A DNA stretch of 64,000 bases from a virus. The position numbers and the translations under genes are program-made. Shown here piece after piece: positions 19,501 through 26,519 of this stretch; position 1 is the first letter of the stretch, and every line of letters begins with the position of its first letter. The stretch spans positions 1 to 64,000 of the IMG/VR virus record IMGVR_UViG_3300032288_002265; one strand, written 5' to 3'. The notes under the pieces are model-generated. The model ran no database searches, was not told the origin of the DNA, and saw only the letters and a list, made by a program, of their open reading frames with translations.

Positions 19501-20977
19501 CAAGGTGTTCCTCGAGTCCGGTATCGGCCAGGCCAAGGACGACAGCCAGGCGTTCGCCTCGTTGAAGCTGCTCAATCCGTTCACCCAGGCGTCGATCTGG
19601 ATGCACCGCGCTGCCGCCCGCCAGTGGCTGCGGACGATCAACAACGCCGTCCTGAAGGCCGAGGTCTACTTCAAGGCCCACCCTCAGGCTGAGTCGGATC
19701 CGAACTTCCGCTTCACCGCCAAGGAGCTTGGCTACTCGGGCAAGACCCTGACCGGCATGAAGCTGGACAATCGGGCCTGGGAGTTCCTGAGCGAGAAGCT
19801 GGCTCAGTCTGGCATCAGCCTCGAGGACGCAGCCCGCAAGAAGCTGCGCGGCCAGGATCCGCTGGACTTCAACCAGATCCAGTCGGCCTTGTCCCTGGCG
19901 CAGACCGAGATCCTGCTCAACACCAGCCCTGTCACCCGACCGGCTTGGTCCCAGGACACGATGCTCGGCCGTCTGTCCACCCCGCTGGTGGGCTGGGCGC
20001 TATACAAGAGTGCGGACGTGGCCAAGACCGCTGCCGGTCCCAAGTCCAAGGGCGACCTCAAGGCGTTCGCCAGCTTCATGGAGGCGATGCTGCTTGGTGT
20101 GCTGCCGATCTCGCTCGCCTACGCCATGCTGCGTGACGAGTACGAGGAGGAGGTTCTGAAGAAGAAGCAGAACGTCATGCCCCTGCGGGCGGACGCCACG
20201 CTGCCGGCTGCGATCCTCGATGCCACGTCCCGCCTGGGTATGCTTGGCATCGTCGGTGAGATCCCGAACTCGATCGCCAACCAGTCGACGCAGCGCGAGG
20301 TCTCGGTCGACAGCCGCGTGTTTGCCGTGAGCTCCGCGCTTTCGTTGATGCGTGCGATTTCGACCGCGTACAACCAGGGCACAGTGACCTACCAGTCGGT
20401 GGTTCGGCCGATGATGCAGGCGGTGGGTGGCTCAGGTTATCTGCAGAACTTCGATGCGATCAACGGCCTGGCTGGGCTGGACAATGTCGAGTCCCGGCTG
20501 GCCAAGCGTGTGAACGTCGGCAACCAACTGCGAGTCGCCGGCCGGATGAACGACATGGAGATCCGTGGAGGCAAGGGCATGGCGACCACCGCCAATCCGG
20601 TGAAGCCGCACGTGGTAAACATGGCCCTGGCTGCGTACGCCAACGACTCGATGGCGTTCCGTCAGGCGTACCAGAAGGCGCTGCAGGCGGCGATCAAGAC
20701 CTTCCCGGACTCGGATCCGTACGAGAAGGTGGCATCGGCGTTCGAGTCTCAGCACCCGCTGAAGTCGATCTTTGCCACCCGCCCAACCACGGCCGACTAC
20801 CAGAAGATGCTCCGGTCACTCGGGGACGAGGCTTCGGAGGTCAGCGCGGCGATCCGCAACCTGAATGCCTACGGTGCCCAGGTGCTCACCAAGCGCGGCG
20901 GCTCAGGCATCAAGCCGTTCTACGGAACCGAGACCAGCAGCAGGTCCACGGACTACCGCAGTATGCTCACGAGGTAA
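10574..20977 (+). CDS. Giant (3467 aa) internal virion / polyvalent ejection protein
   Basis: Single 10.4-kb ORF with strong GC3 bias. Gly/Ala hydrophobic N-terminal region, zincin-like EETLH segment and a helical C-terminus with hydrophobic segments; third ejection-gene position. Confidence 0.8.
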   Translation: MPNQLVEWWRTQRPEDASLSDDSLTMKIASMAPDYKAQGKDIFADYPDFTADYNSLLERAGKEYRRGTATLGNEVSRGLQRGISGLKSTAYGAAALAADAIPGTFADPARDALLRKYKTAQEDASQEDVTPAVGSYKEVGDLRDAGQYVAGLVGEGLPSVAESMVTGAIGAAAGSEVPVAGNIAGGIAGIVGKQAAKRLIAKKIAGFTAQEIEEAALKGVGSEALKQLVRAETKAITSTAGAALASTLNSYGLSAGEIYGELATNPNVKPEDALGIAVAAAIPAAIADTALPGYVINKSGVLRRLAGQIENFGETEKRGFFGYITRLAAEVPKVSTMEAGTEAFQELVNIAATKYGETGKFDLSLTEAEKERIINSGIGGAVAATTTAPLAAARFDKTEQEATAQAPAAAAPAQAQPGSPAAPAAQAAPADPTAPAAQQNQPDTATDVLEAGYDTNIDGIKDLARRKLAGDDVSAEEAALKPDAARRYQREVIAASEAKAAAEATAPTETAATATEEKKTEPESKSALTAEAQDLLRNVDAGGVPVFITANLKRIASENGVTIEGSDTSNSVIEKLRKKGAETDPAPDSTSTDAGGEEKKSTINLTPIDYTDNPSWDAATRTLNRTSGSARVIDYSDRKIVLVNVNGLNIPFYLSTGQAKKKEVAAGKWYPIFGISSDGWLNKGSQKEINNFYGSEELKRIAQQLDAELGKDVKADIKVSNSAVFSSVNGFLKELGLQPVENELSTTVDDLKKNISAVIAEIERRKASASEPTPAPTPAPAADAAPTNVDADPVDQAEEGEDLQLSTEDSAAKQSMSKDAKAAQSQVELLKKKIAAIEKLTEQRSKEIEPAQSLMDRYIAADAITNKEERADALKALEGELKKYGGVEGLQSRLQTLNVLETDKNGKPKLLLKPVSDDPRKTVSTRLNYYAKKLNEAQSKLMMINDDIDTLMMSAAPSERSRMPAYYESGDESEQSGELMRLYGESLKAKGLARQTALNELGYTLTADARGKDSNQRHSRRLTAWVKRSEAGNPTEIIVTTSHREPIPKKSKSEFNPVDRYVFAVSNTEYLQGGNKKKVTEKKADVRTITQMIDDGFMPYSSILLGSARHRSVERFVFQEGGKTALAQYNEMFGEAKQAAAAGKPIETGFGKNEDEIINEAAKTAAEELSDVELEYANRFFQYIRDQFLEQSAELLDKGRFSEALEQSLLGKMIGVYDEMVSKNASETDISNTFSRSFKSEIEGFLKQEKKFASARDMAVIAETLPSYFAGSALRATMSARADALKQTYQDIKLNALKKAIGEKNNENNQSTSGTKAVSPTGAAGKADRNGGGDGKGNRVVSKKDAQAKVAKAGKAAAGSVASKKRTASRADVAKATAAKADKPKRTDAASKAKKQAAKSEVVKRETKYVFNPKTGRAEQVSNKIIEAGTPAPVAKPKKAGTKKEAAPKKGTKPAAPEQPKPEAKPEPTIEQRKEAALEAVAKLLAAKLIKRKEYNGLIDAINAGTIAQIQEILDKSQAAESSAKDSNSVVALKETVLNLEEQGLIDKVVRKAMLKKIDQNASNQEALAKFEQELKDYSDREAKKTRKRLSQADPEAIESVDLQSGRITPVELVPNSIENIEHNIRRFSQPARSLLTQSMDAESVSQKYPNLITALRRIAIEAATDSSPMSVIRATIAKAMMDRVANTGAKLIFVDQSITPGVLGKFDLRNNEIVIYTGAHSTDLDLQATILEETLHAFTSKTRLAFDTNPESLSLALRDAITGLNSLIEAAKKAGLKWQESDSADAAVAFDEFVAAAVRDDQFKAQLAKIPFNKDFGIKKATTLLEAIKLQFSKILEAIVSAFPIFGSGGKTGGMTALDASAAFINAMVTNHQKVANEQGGKEQRNRYVEGTLGTGADITVDGSQFSADATAEAKRLMALQNLIQDAATRMVDMWNRKGNNRSSQGTQLLSNDQAIKNMILDMISNSMPLPSDAKQAINKALSDQGASTISDAITMGDLEQKSDAPKVARDGLNALNTVLFNLKRMRAEAEELFGKKNILQKIADSSFEISELTKKFEDMNFIGKEFVKELRRSIDESEDVGAGSIAKAMGMTTGRKASLQNAATWIQANLNAYTDALVALSELGVDFKNTPPADILKTVNAAAATDARLVPMQDIGRLAMAGQFARRRPMVMDFLATRSSGEAGALRSIIAMATSSRADAIEMAKRDLSKLKRIGGIAARIIDQLSEMKAEHRKMLDQAKLHAEREQFAVDAEAALTERIKYLDRMLQVEDTSGNKLWQPHHNATYFVPTSPNQSEESLFEDNPTSQSFRKLRFGQDFDGAKVRSELALMKGWLDANQNLRGTSKYNLMKRQIDGLTKMYAEEVDANVRRGPFGFLVRALGSSADRLEQLGLLSAKEAATMIRRYVASFEQSLKSVDAKSFHEYDALMRKGTELSGLHPLEFKRQYYNRALGYLETRQDLLNPTLTQQAQEDLLVREAIRFMDQSTPMSDELKTTVGNLLRTAGRNGEIIIGRNRVNFGLKVADVMKDGRVYLREPIGHPLSTAARSLDESVRVLANKMEAAWKETFTANGEPDTKLKPATVSGLYTTDVNALRSILAGRFTEEVMSKFVKPLVSKTGKTNFKGPESLGVVDMAKRENLIEAYRLAGGDIIKFAEELHRLEGGDPATLADFVGETIGTLQKYASTLFQVADTAGKNADEDADPGLNFLNARQGEDFPWEWLDYKEYGYKNRTRYLRVMAQQFAFGDNQDGFNRLVEESRRQLMKFKDEYEDAHKKLNAGDRAGYEKALNEGGNRIARQNAQANVLELNAAEKHHSALMSELNGNKQSAGVFSEILGVISGMTVQGLATAATDSVTLFEAPLRKFGFSKEAIQFIAGTWKALGTEIAGTLAQAFGMQFHQDTATSRETDILNRNGLADSDSITSSRGFAALHERYIQELAEELTFSAITDRYKNERITMAKELASGAVKRVAKAGKVFLESGIGQAKDDSQAFASLKLLNPFTQASIWMHRAAARQWLRTINNAVLKAEVYFKAHPQAESDPNFRFTAKELGYSGKTLTGMKLDNRAWEFLSEKLAQSGISLEDAARKKLRGQDPLDFNQIQSALSLAQTEILLNTSPVTRPAWSQDTMLGRLSTPLVGWALYKSADVAKTAAGPKSKGDLKAFASFMEAMLLGVLPISLAYAMLRDEYEEEVLKKKQNVMPLRADATLPAAILDATSRLGMLGIVGEIPNSIANQSTQREVSVDSRVFAVSSALSLMRAISTAYNQGTVTYQSVVRPMMQAVGGSGYLQNFDAINGLAGLDNVESRLAKRVNVGNQLRVAGRMNDMEIRGGKGMATTANPVKPHVVNMALAAYANDSMAFRQAYQKALQAAIKTFPDSDPYEKVASAFESQHPLKSIFATRPTTADYQKMLRSLGDEASEVSAAIRNLNAYGAQVLTKRGGSGIKPFYGTETSSRSTDYRSMLTR

Positions 20978-20980
20978 CCC

Positions 20981-21241
20981 ATGATCGACAAAGACAAGAA
21001 ACCCCTTGGTCAGAAGTGGCGCACTCCCGGCGAACGGAAGAAGTGGGCCGTCGTCATCAAAGATCCCAAGACCGGCAAGCGGAAGGTTGTGCGGTGGGGT
21101 GATCCGAAGATGCAGGACTTTACTCAGCACAAGGATCCTGAGCGCCGGAAGAACTTCAAATCCCGCATGAACTGCGACAGCGACCCGAAGGCCAAGGACA
21201 AGACGCGGCCCAAGTACTGGGCGTGCAACGCAACCTGGTGA
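20981..21241 (+). CDS. Small basic protein
   Basis: Lys/Arg-rich; VRWGDPKMQDFTQHKDPERRKNFKSRMNC...KYWAC pattern resembles small basic proteins of aquatic viruses. Confidence 0.65.
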   Translation: MIDKDKKPLGQKWRTPGERKKWAVVIKDPKTGKRKVVRWGDPKMQDFTQHKDPERRKNFKSRMNCDSDPKAKDKTRPKYWACNATW

Positions 21242-21247
21242 TGATTT

Positions 21248-21928
21248 ATGGAGAGGACACCCGAACAGATCAAACGCATCCACGTCGCGCTCGAGCAGGC
21301 TGGCAACATCTCTGGCGCGGCGTCGCTGCTGAACGTCAGCGCCGACTCCCTCAAGAAGGTGATCAGGGACCACCCTGAGCTACGCTCTTACCTGCCTGGC
21401 ACAACCGCACCGACAGAGCAGGAGGTCATCGGGCGCAAGCCACTTGCCTTGGTGTCTGTTGCCGAGTCGGACATTGTCAAGGCGGTGAAGGATGCGGACG
21501 AGCAGGTTCGATCTGGCTTCGAGGCGATCGGTGTGTCAGGCGATGCGCTCAAGGAGGCTATGGCGTTCCGCGACTTCGGTCGTATGCACTTCAACGATAT
21601 GCGCCACTACATCGGTGGCGGCATGGCCAAGCTCTTCGCTGACCTGATGGTCGAGGTGAAGGATGTGCGGAAAGAGATCGAAGAGGTTCACGACGTCGAG
21701 CGGGAGAAGCTCCTGCGTGAGGACCGCAGCCGCCTGGTGAAGCACTGCATCGATGTCTACGACCGAGTGCGTGAGGCTTCAGTGAGCGCGGCCGTGATCG
21801 AGGCCAAGAAGCAGGAGGCCAAAGAGAAAAAGAAGACAGGGAAAGCTGGGTTCGCCCCACTGGCCATGGAGGTCAAGGGTGACGTCCATGTCCATGAGGC
21901 GGGGAAGGTTCCGGGACCGAGTGCGTAA
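21248..21928 (+). CDS. HTH protein, possible terminase small subunit
   Basis: N-terminal Fis-like HTH (ALEQAGNISGAASLLNVSADSL), helical core and basic tail. Confidence 0.45.
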   Translation: MERTPEQIKRIHVALEQAGNISGAASLLNVSADSLKKVIRDHPELRSYLPGTTAPTEQEVIGRKPLALVSVAESDIVKAVKDADEQVRSGFEAIGVSGDALKEAMAFRDFGRMHFNDMRHYIGGGMAKLFADLMVEVKDVRKEIEEVHDVEREKLLREDRSRLVKHCIDVYDRVREASVSAAVIEAKKQEAKEKKKTGKAGFAPLAMEVKGDVHVHEAGKVPGPSA

Positions 21929-22039
21929 CACCTATGAATAAGGGCGGTCGCACTCGTGCAACAATGCCAAGCCGATTAGTCCCCACAACAAGCAAACAAG
22001 ACTCCGACCACGTTGTTTATCCCGGAACCAAAGAACAGG

Positions 22040-23128
22040 TCACTTCGCGAGTGACGGTTTTGCGGACCCGGACTTGCGGATGTAGCTCTTGGTCGAGCTC
22101 GTGCCGTTGTGTCCGAGTGCCTTGGCGATCTCCTCGATCGTCGCCCCCTTCGCCGCCATGGTGGTTGCCATCGTGGCGCGGAGACTGTGATAGCTGTAGC
22201 CCTCAAAGCCAAGGGACTTGAACAGCCGTCCGAAGTAGACGCTCATAATCGGGCGTCGCTTGGGGTCGTTGGCGACAAGCTGCTCGGCCGGAAAGAGGAA
22301 CCTCTTGTCCATCCGCTCCATGCTCCTCACCAGTCGGGCCACGCGATCCGTCATCGGGATCACCACCCGCGTGTTGGCTTTGTCGGTCCAGACTGTGACG
22401 GTGCCCTTCTCGAAGTCGAAGCACGACCACTCAAGGTTGCACACGTCACCCAGGCGCAGTGCCAGGTCTCGACCCAGCATGATCGATGCGTGGAAGAATC
22501 CCTCGCTCATCGAGTCGGGCTCGAGGCCCTCGCAGTTGGCTAGGATGAAGTCGATCTCGTCATCCTCGAAGACCAGCTTGTGCTTGGTCTCGCGCTGCTC
22601 GTGGCTGATCACACGGTAGTCCACGGACACCAACTGAGACGGATCACTCAGGATGTACCGCTTCACACCGCAGAAGCGCATCAGGTTCCTGATGGCCGCG
22701 AGCTTCATCGTCCTGGTCCCGAGCTTGTCGGGCCGGTTCGTGTCGTTGATCCACGCATGGATCTCATCGGCAGTCACTGTGCCGATCGTCTTCTCTTCGA
22801 TGCCGGTCTGCCTGATCCACAGGCTGATCGTGGTGGCGTTGTTGTCGCGGGTCCGTGGGGACCGCACGCCCACCTTCATCCACTCGATCCACTCAGCCAG
22901 CGCGTCACGCATCGTGATGCTCTTGTTGGCCGTGATCAGCGTGACCACATCAGCGGTCAGCCGGTGGATCTTCGCCGACCGTTCGATGTCCTTGATCTTG
23001 GACGCCTTGACCACCTCCTCGGCCTCTGCCTTGGTCTTGCAGAAGGTGGACAGTCGCTGCACACAGCCAGCCTCGGTGGTAACCTCGACGTGCCAGTGCT
23101 CCTCACTTTCTCGCTTTGATAATCTCAT
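22040..23128 (-). CDS. Tyrosine recombinase / integrase
   Basis: Catalytic residues in order: LALRLGD (R), TDKAN (K), HSLR (HxxR), LGH, TKSY (Y); core-binding domain upstream. Confidence 0.9.
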   Translation of the reverse strand: MRLSKRESEEHWHVEVTTEAGCVQRLSTFCKTKAEAEEVVKASKIKDIERSAKIHRLTADVVTLITANKSITMRDALAEWIEWMKVGVRSPRTRDNNATTISLWIRQTGIEEKTIGTVTADEIHAWINDTNRPDKLGTRTMKLAAIRNLMRFCGVKRYILSDPSQLVSVDYRVISHEQRETKHKLVFEDDEIDFILANCEGLEPDSMSEGFFHASIMLGRDLALRLGDVCNLEWSCFDFEKGTVTVWTDKANTRVVIPMTDRVARLVRSMERMDKRFLFPAEQLVANDPKRRPIMSVYFGRLFKSLGFEGYSYHSLRATMATTMAAKGATIEEIAKALGHNGTSSTKSYIRKSGSAKPSLAK

Positions 23129-23429
23129 GTCTCTCCTCGTCGTCTGCCCATCGCCTCGTCTCCTGCGGCATCACTGGGACACCATGAGCCTTGGCTCTGA
23201 GCAGAAATTCTTTTCGCATATGCTCGTCGATGTCATTCGCGCACTGCTTATGGATCTGCGCTGCGCGATTCATAATCGACTGTCGGTATCGTTTGATCGC
23301 TGGATCGGTGTCGATCCGCTTCCTGACTAGGTTCCAGAATGCCTGCTGCCGTTCGCTTCCGTTGGTCTCGAGCTTTTGCGGCTTGAGTTGGCCAAGCGGA
23401 TCAACATCGGCAGGTAAGTGGTCTTCCAT
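23103..23429 (-). CDS. Hypothetical protein (start uncertain)
   Basis: Fills the gap between the HTH gene and the integrase; helical C-terminal half. Confidence 0.4.
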   Translation of the reverse strand: MEDHLPADVDPLGQLKPQKLETNGSERQQAFWNLVRKRIDTDPAIKRYRQSIMNRAAQIHKQCANDIDEHMRKEFLLRAKAHGVPVMPQETRRWADDEERHEIIKARK

Positions 23430-23740
23430 TGTGGGTTTCTCCTGAGGTACGGGAACTTGCGGTTCGGGTCTCTCGTCGATGTCTTCAGGTACATCCTGAT
23501 CCGCCGCACGTCCTCCCTCGACGCGAGATCGATTCCGACCCCGGTCATGTAGGCACGCACGGTTGGCAGATCGATGCCTCTCCAGTCTGTTGCCCAGCTG
23601 ATCGCTTCGACCTGGCTGGGTGACAGACCAGAACGGTCTGCGATCTCGATTGTTGTAAGCGGTTCGCCTCTCGGGTGCCGCGCAAGGATCCTGAGCAGCA
23701 ACGGACAGAAGGCGTCGAACCTCTCCCAGTACTTCGCCAT
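23327..23740 (-). CDS. HTH DNA-binding protein
   Basis: LTTIEIADRSGLSPSQVEAI HTH; preceded by the AAGGGTAACAG motif. Confidence 0.6.
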   Translation of the reverse strand: MAKYWERFDAFCPLLLRILARHPRGEPLTTIEIADRSGLSPSQVEAISWATDWRGIDLPTVRAYMTGVGIDLASREDVRRIRMYLKTSTRDPNRKFPYLRRNPQWKTTYLPMLIRLANSSRKSSRPTEANGSRHSGT

Positions 23741-23752
23741 GACGTGATACTG

Positions 23753-24082
23753 TTACCCTTTTTTAAGTGAGTCAATTTCGGCGACCGACTGCTTCTTCGA
23801 CTTACCTTGATAGTTCTTGATCAGGTTCCAGATCGCGCTCTCTGACCTGCCGAACTTCTTCGACAGTTCGTCCAGGCTGTAGGTTGGGTTCTTCTGTTTG
23901 AACTTGATGATTCTCTTCTTCTCCTCGTCGGTCATGCGAACCCATCCGAACTGCTTCTTCGGTGCTGCCTCAATCTTCTCAATCTTCGGCTGTGGCCCGA
24001 TCAGTCGGGTGATCTGCTCTGCTGTCAGCGGTGCTTTCATTTCCTTCCTTTCTGTTTCTGTTTCATGTGCCACTTGCTCCAC
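23753..24082 (-). CDS. HTH DNA-binding protein
   Basis: MTDEEKKRII...YSLDELSKKFGRSESAIWNLIK. Confidence 0.65.
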   Translation of the reverse strand: MEQVAHETETERKEMKAPLTAEQITRLIGPQPKIEKIEAAPKKQFGWVRMTDEEKKRIIKFKQKNPTYSLDELSKKFGRSESAIWNLIKNYQGKSKKQSVAEIDSLKKG

Positions 24083-24282
24083 TTGGCGTACGCCTTCCAG
24101 ACTGGATGCTTCGGCCCTGGAGTTCTCTTCCGATCTGAACCGTCACGGTTGATGAAGATGGGACCGCCGAAGCCGGTCTCTTCCCATCTCCAGAACTTGC
24201 CATTGACGATCGCGAAACCCTCCGCTTCAGGTACGGTGAGGATGCAGGGGAGTCCGTTGATCTCGGTGAATATGTCCTTCAC
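24037..24282 (-). CDS. Hypothetical protein
   Basis: GGAGG SD and GTGA overlap with the upstream gene. Confidence 0.55.
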   Translation of the reverse strand: MKDIFTEINGLPCILTVPEAEGFAIVNGKFWRWEETGFGGPIFINRDGSDRKRTPGPKHPVWKAYAKWSKWHMKQKQKGRK

Positions 24283-24590
24283 GGCTTCACCTCCTCGACT
24301 TCATTGACCTTCATCACCTGACTGATCGGGGTGACCTTGGCGAAGAACATATCCTTGGGATCATTGCAGAGCCTAACCTCAACGAACTTGAACAACACCC
24401 ATGAGCTCTCGAACTCGTCGAGCAGGGTGTCGCCAACCTTTGGGCGGGATCTCTTGAATCCCATCACACTGTAGACCTCATTGTGTGCGAGCGGCCGATC
24501 AACGAACTGCATCCCATTCGGCCACCAGCGGATTGAGTTTCCCCATCCGTCGCCCATGTCGTAGTCGGCCTTGAGTTCAGGAGGCTTCAT
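24279..24590 (-). CDS. Hypothetical protein
   Basis: ATG at 24590 coupled to the upstream stop (ATGA). Confidence 0.55.
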   Translation of the reverse strand: MKPPELKADYDMGDGWGNSIRWWPNGMQFVDRPLAHNEVYSVMGFKRSRPKVGDTLLDEFESSWVLFKFVEVRLCNDPKDMFFAKVTPISQVMKVNEVEEVKP

Positions 24591-24934
24591 GTATGCACCT
24601 TCTTCGCATTGTTCCAGCGAGCGACGCACCTTGGAACCTTGCTCTTGCCGAGGCACAGTAGTTGAGCCATGTCGTTGCCAGCCACCATAAGGATTCGGAT
24701 GTGCTCTCGAAGGGCGTTGATGGTAATCACCGCATGACTCATCTTGTCTGTGCTGGACTTAATTAGTTCCAGATCCTCGTCGAGCTCCATCTGGAAGTCT
24801 GCGATGATCCTGGACAGGTCTGCGATTCTGTCTGCTGCTTCCATGACCGCAGCGTTCGCAACACCGTCCTCTGAATACATTTCTTTGGACAGTATGCGTA
24901 GCGAGGAGACCAATGTTTCAGTGGAGGTTTTCAT
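24587..24934 (-). CDS. Hypothetical coiled-coil protein
   Basis: MKTSTETLVSSLRILS...; ATGA coupling and GGAGG SD. Confidence 0.55.
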   Translation of the reverse strand: MKTSTETLVSSLRILSKEMYSEDGVANAAVMEAADRIADLSRIIADFQMELDEDLELIKSSTDKMSHAVITINALREHIRILMVAGNDMAQLLCLGKSKVPRCVARWNNAKKVHT

Positions 24935-25251
24935 TGCCGCCCCTCCAGATCCTCGACCACGCTGATGGTCCGGTTCACGTCGGCGAGCCACCGCTGAACG
25001 TACTTCTTGCGGTAGTCGTCGCGCACAGCGTCTCTCACCACGTCTCTCGCAAGATCGACAACGGCGGTACACCATGTGCCACGCGCCACCGTCACACTTG
25101 GAGCACCCGCTGGTCGTATCTCCTCTGCCTTGGTGTATCCGCGCAGCCGGTCATCCTTAATGATCGTGTTGAACGGCTCCAGCAGCTTCTCCAGTTCGCG
25201 GTCTGCCGCAGCGTTGAGCGCGGTCTCGATGTCGGAGATGGCCTTGCTCAT
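24931..25251 (-). CDS. Hypothetical protein
   Basis: ATGA coupling at both ends. Confidence 0.6.
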   Translation of the reverse strand: MSKAISDIETALNAAADRELEKLLEPFNTIIKDDRLRGYTKAEEIRPAGAPSVTVARGTWCTAVVDLARDVVRDAVRDDYRKKYVQRWLADVNRTISVVEDLEGRQ

Positions 25252-25433
25252 TTAACCTCCTGTCGCTTGAGGAACTCATCGATCGCCACATCGGCGATGT
25301 ACTGAAGTTTGTAGCCGGTCTTCAGTGCATAATCCTTGAGACGTGTGTGAGTCTCAGGCGAAACCATCACAACCTTGTAATCGTCTCGCACACGCACGTT
25401 CTTCACGGGGGCTACTTTAGGATGGAGGCTCAC
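25248..25433 (-). CDS. Ribbon-helix-helix-like DNA-binding protein
   Basis: KVVMVSPETHTRLKDYALKTGYKLQYIADVAIDEFL strand-helix-helix pattern. Confidence 0.6.
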   Translation of the reverse strand: MSLHPKVAPVKNVRVRDDYKVVMVSPETHTRLKDYALKTGYKLQYIADVAIDEFLKRQEVK

Positions 25434-26320
25434 AGCTTGTCCTCCTTGGCTTTGCGCCATGCTTCGGCTAGGTGCGGCTCATTCCATCCTTCATTGACCA
25501 TCCTGTCCCCCGCCTCCTCCATCCGCTTGATGCGCTTCTGTAGCCCATCAATCTCATTGATCTTCTCCATCAGCAACTTGCGGAGCTTATCACTGAGCTC
25601 AAGGCCCTTGTCGATGAACCCCTGACGGATATCGCAGGTGGCCTTCAGCGCCTTAATCGCATTGTCCTTCCGATCGCACTGCTTCTCCATCATATCGATC
25701 ATGTCGCTGCGCCTATTCATCTCTCCTGACCGTTTCGCAGCGAGCTCCTCCCACTGGTCCCGCTGCTCGGTGAGTTCCTCGATCACCTTGCTCTGGGAGT
25801 CGATCTGGTCGTTGAGACGCTCGATCGTGTCCTTCTGCTCGAAGTGCGCCTTGCCGCGCTCGGCACACAGCTGGATGACATGCTTGACGTTGTCCACCAG
25901 ACTGCACGGTTCCAACTGTTCAAGCCCCCAGTGCCCCAGCGCCTGGTAGATCTCGACGTTCGCTGCCACCAGTTCGTCGTTGTGCTCGCGGTAGCCCTTG
26001 TCGATCACAGCCTGTTTGTCCCAGTGCTCCATGTCCTCCGCGATCTGCTTCTGCAGCGACTGGATTTTCTGGGCTTGAGCCTTGATAATCTCCATCTGCT
26101 CTTGCGCTGCCTCTGCCTGACGCTCCTTCCACCACTCCTGCCCCAGTGGCTTCGCGGTGCTGGTGGCGCTGATCGTCACGGTCGGCTGAGGTGTAGGAAC
26201 TGGACACGGCTCGGTGTCGCTGCAGGACTGCAATAGTTCTGCGTGCGCCTTGTCGAACCGTTTTATGTCGAAAGCGTTCTCGCACATCTCACTGATCAGG
26301 TTTGCCTGTCTTTTGGTCAT
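25430..26320 (-). CDS. Coiled-coil protein
   Basis: Likely start MTKRQANL at 26320; long heptad-rich region. Confidence 0.6.
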   Translation of the reverse strand: MTKRQANLISEMCENAFDIKRFDKAHAELLQSCSDTEPCPVPTPQPTVTISATSTAKPLGQEWWKERQAEAAQEQMEIIKAQAQKIQSLQKQIAEDMEHWDKQAVIDKGYREHNDELVAANVEIYQALGHWGLEQLEPCSLVDNVKHVIQLCAERGKAHFEQKDTIERLNDQIDSQSKVIEELTEQRDQWEELAAKRSGEMNRRSDMIDMMEKQCDRKDNAIKALKATCDIRQGFIDKGLELSDKLRKLLMEKINEIDGLQKRIKRMEEAGDRMVNEGWNEPHLAEAWRKAKEDKL

Positions 26321-26475
26321 TGGGTCTTCCTTCTCTTCTTGCGGTTGTTGATGTTGATGTCGTTCTTGAGTTTGTATTTCTTCACTGCACGTGCGATCTC
26401 GCCGACCTCGCCTCGCTTGAGTGGGGTGGCGTTGTGCCCATGCTTCAGGAAGTTTTGGGCTCTGGTGAATGTCAT
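26317..26475 (-). CDS. 52-aa basic protein (below the ORF-track cutoff)
   Basis: MTFTRAQNFLKHGHNATPLKRGEVGEIARAVKKYKLK...; its stop overlaps the next ATG. Confidence 0.45.
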   Translation of the reverse strand: MTFTRAQNFLKHGHNATPLKRGEVGEIARAVKKYKLKNDININNRKKRRKTQ

Positions 26476-26487
26476 TGGGAAACGGGG

Positions 26488-26515
26488 ATGATCCCGAAAC
26501 GAATTTCGGGATCAT
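26488..26515 (-). other. Perfect 12-bp hairpin with a UUCG loop
   Basis: Minus strand AUGAUCCCGAAA-UUCG-UUUCGGGAUCAU, just after the DHH stop. Confidence 0.75.
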
Positions 26516-26519
26516 GGGG

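Noticed and set aside
21934-22221. 95-aa + strand ORF after the HTH gene
   Set aside because: It overlaps the integrase 3' end in antisense and has no protein-like features.
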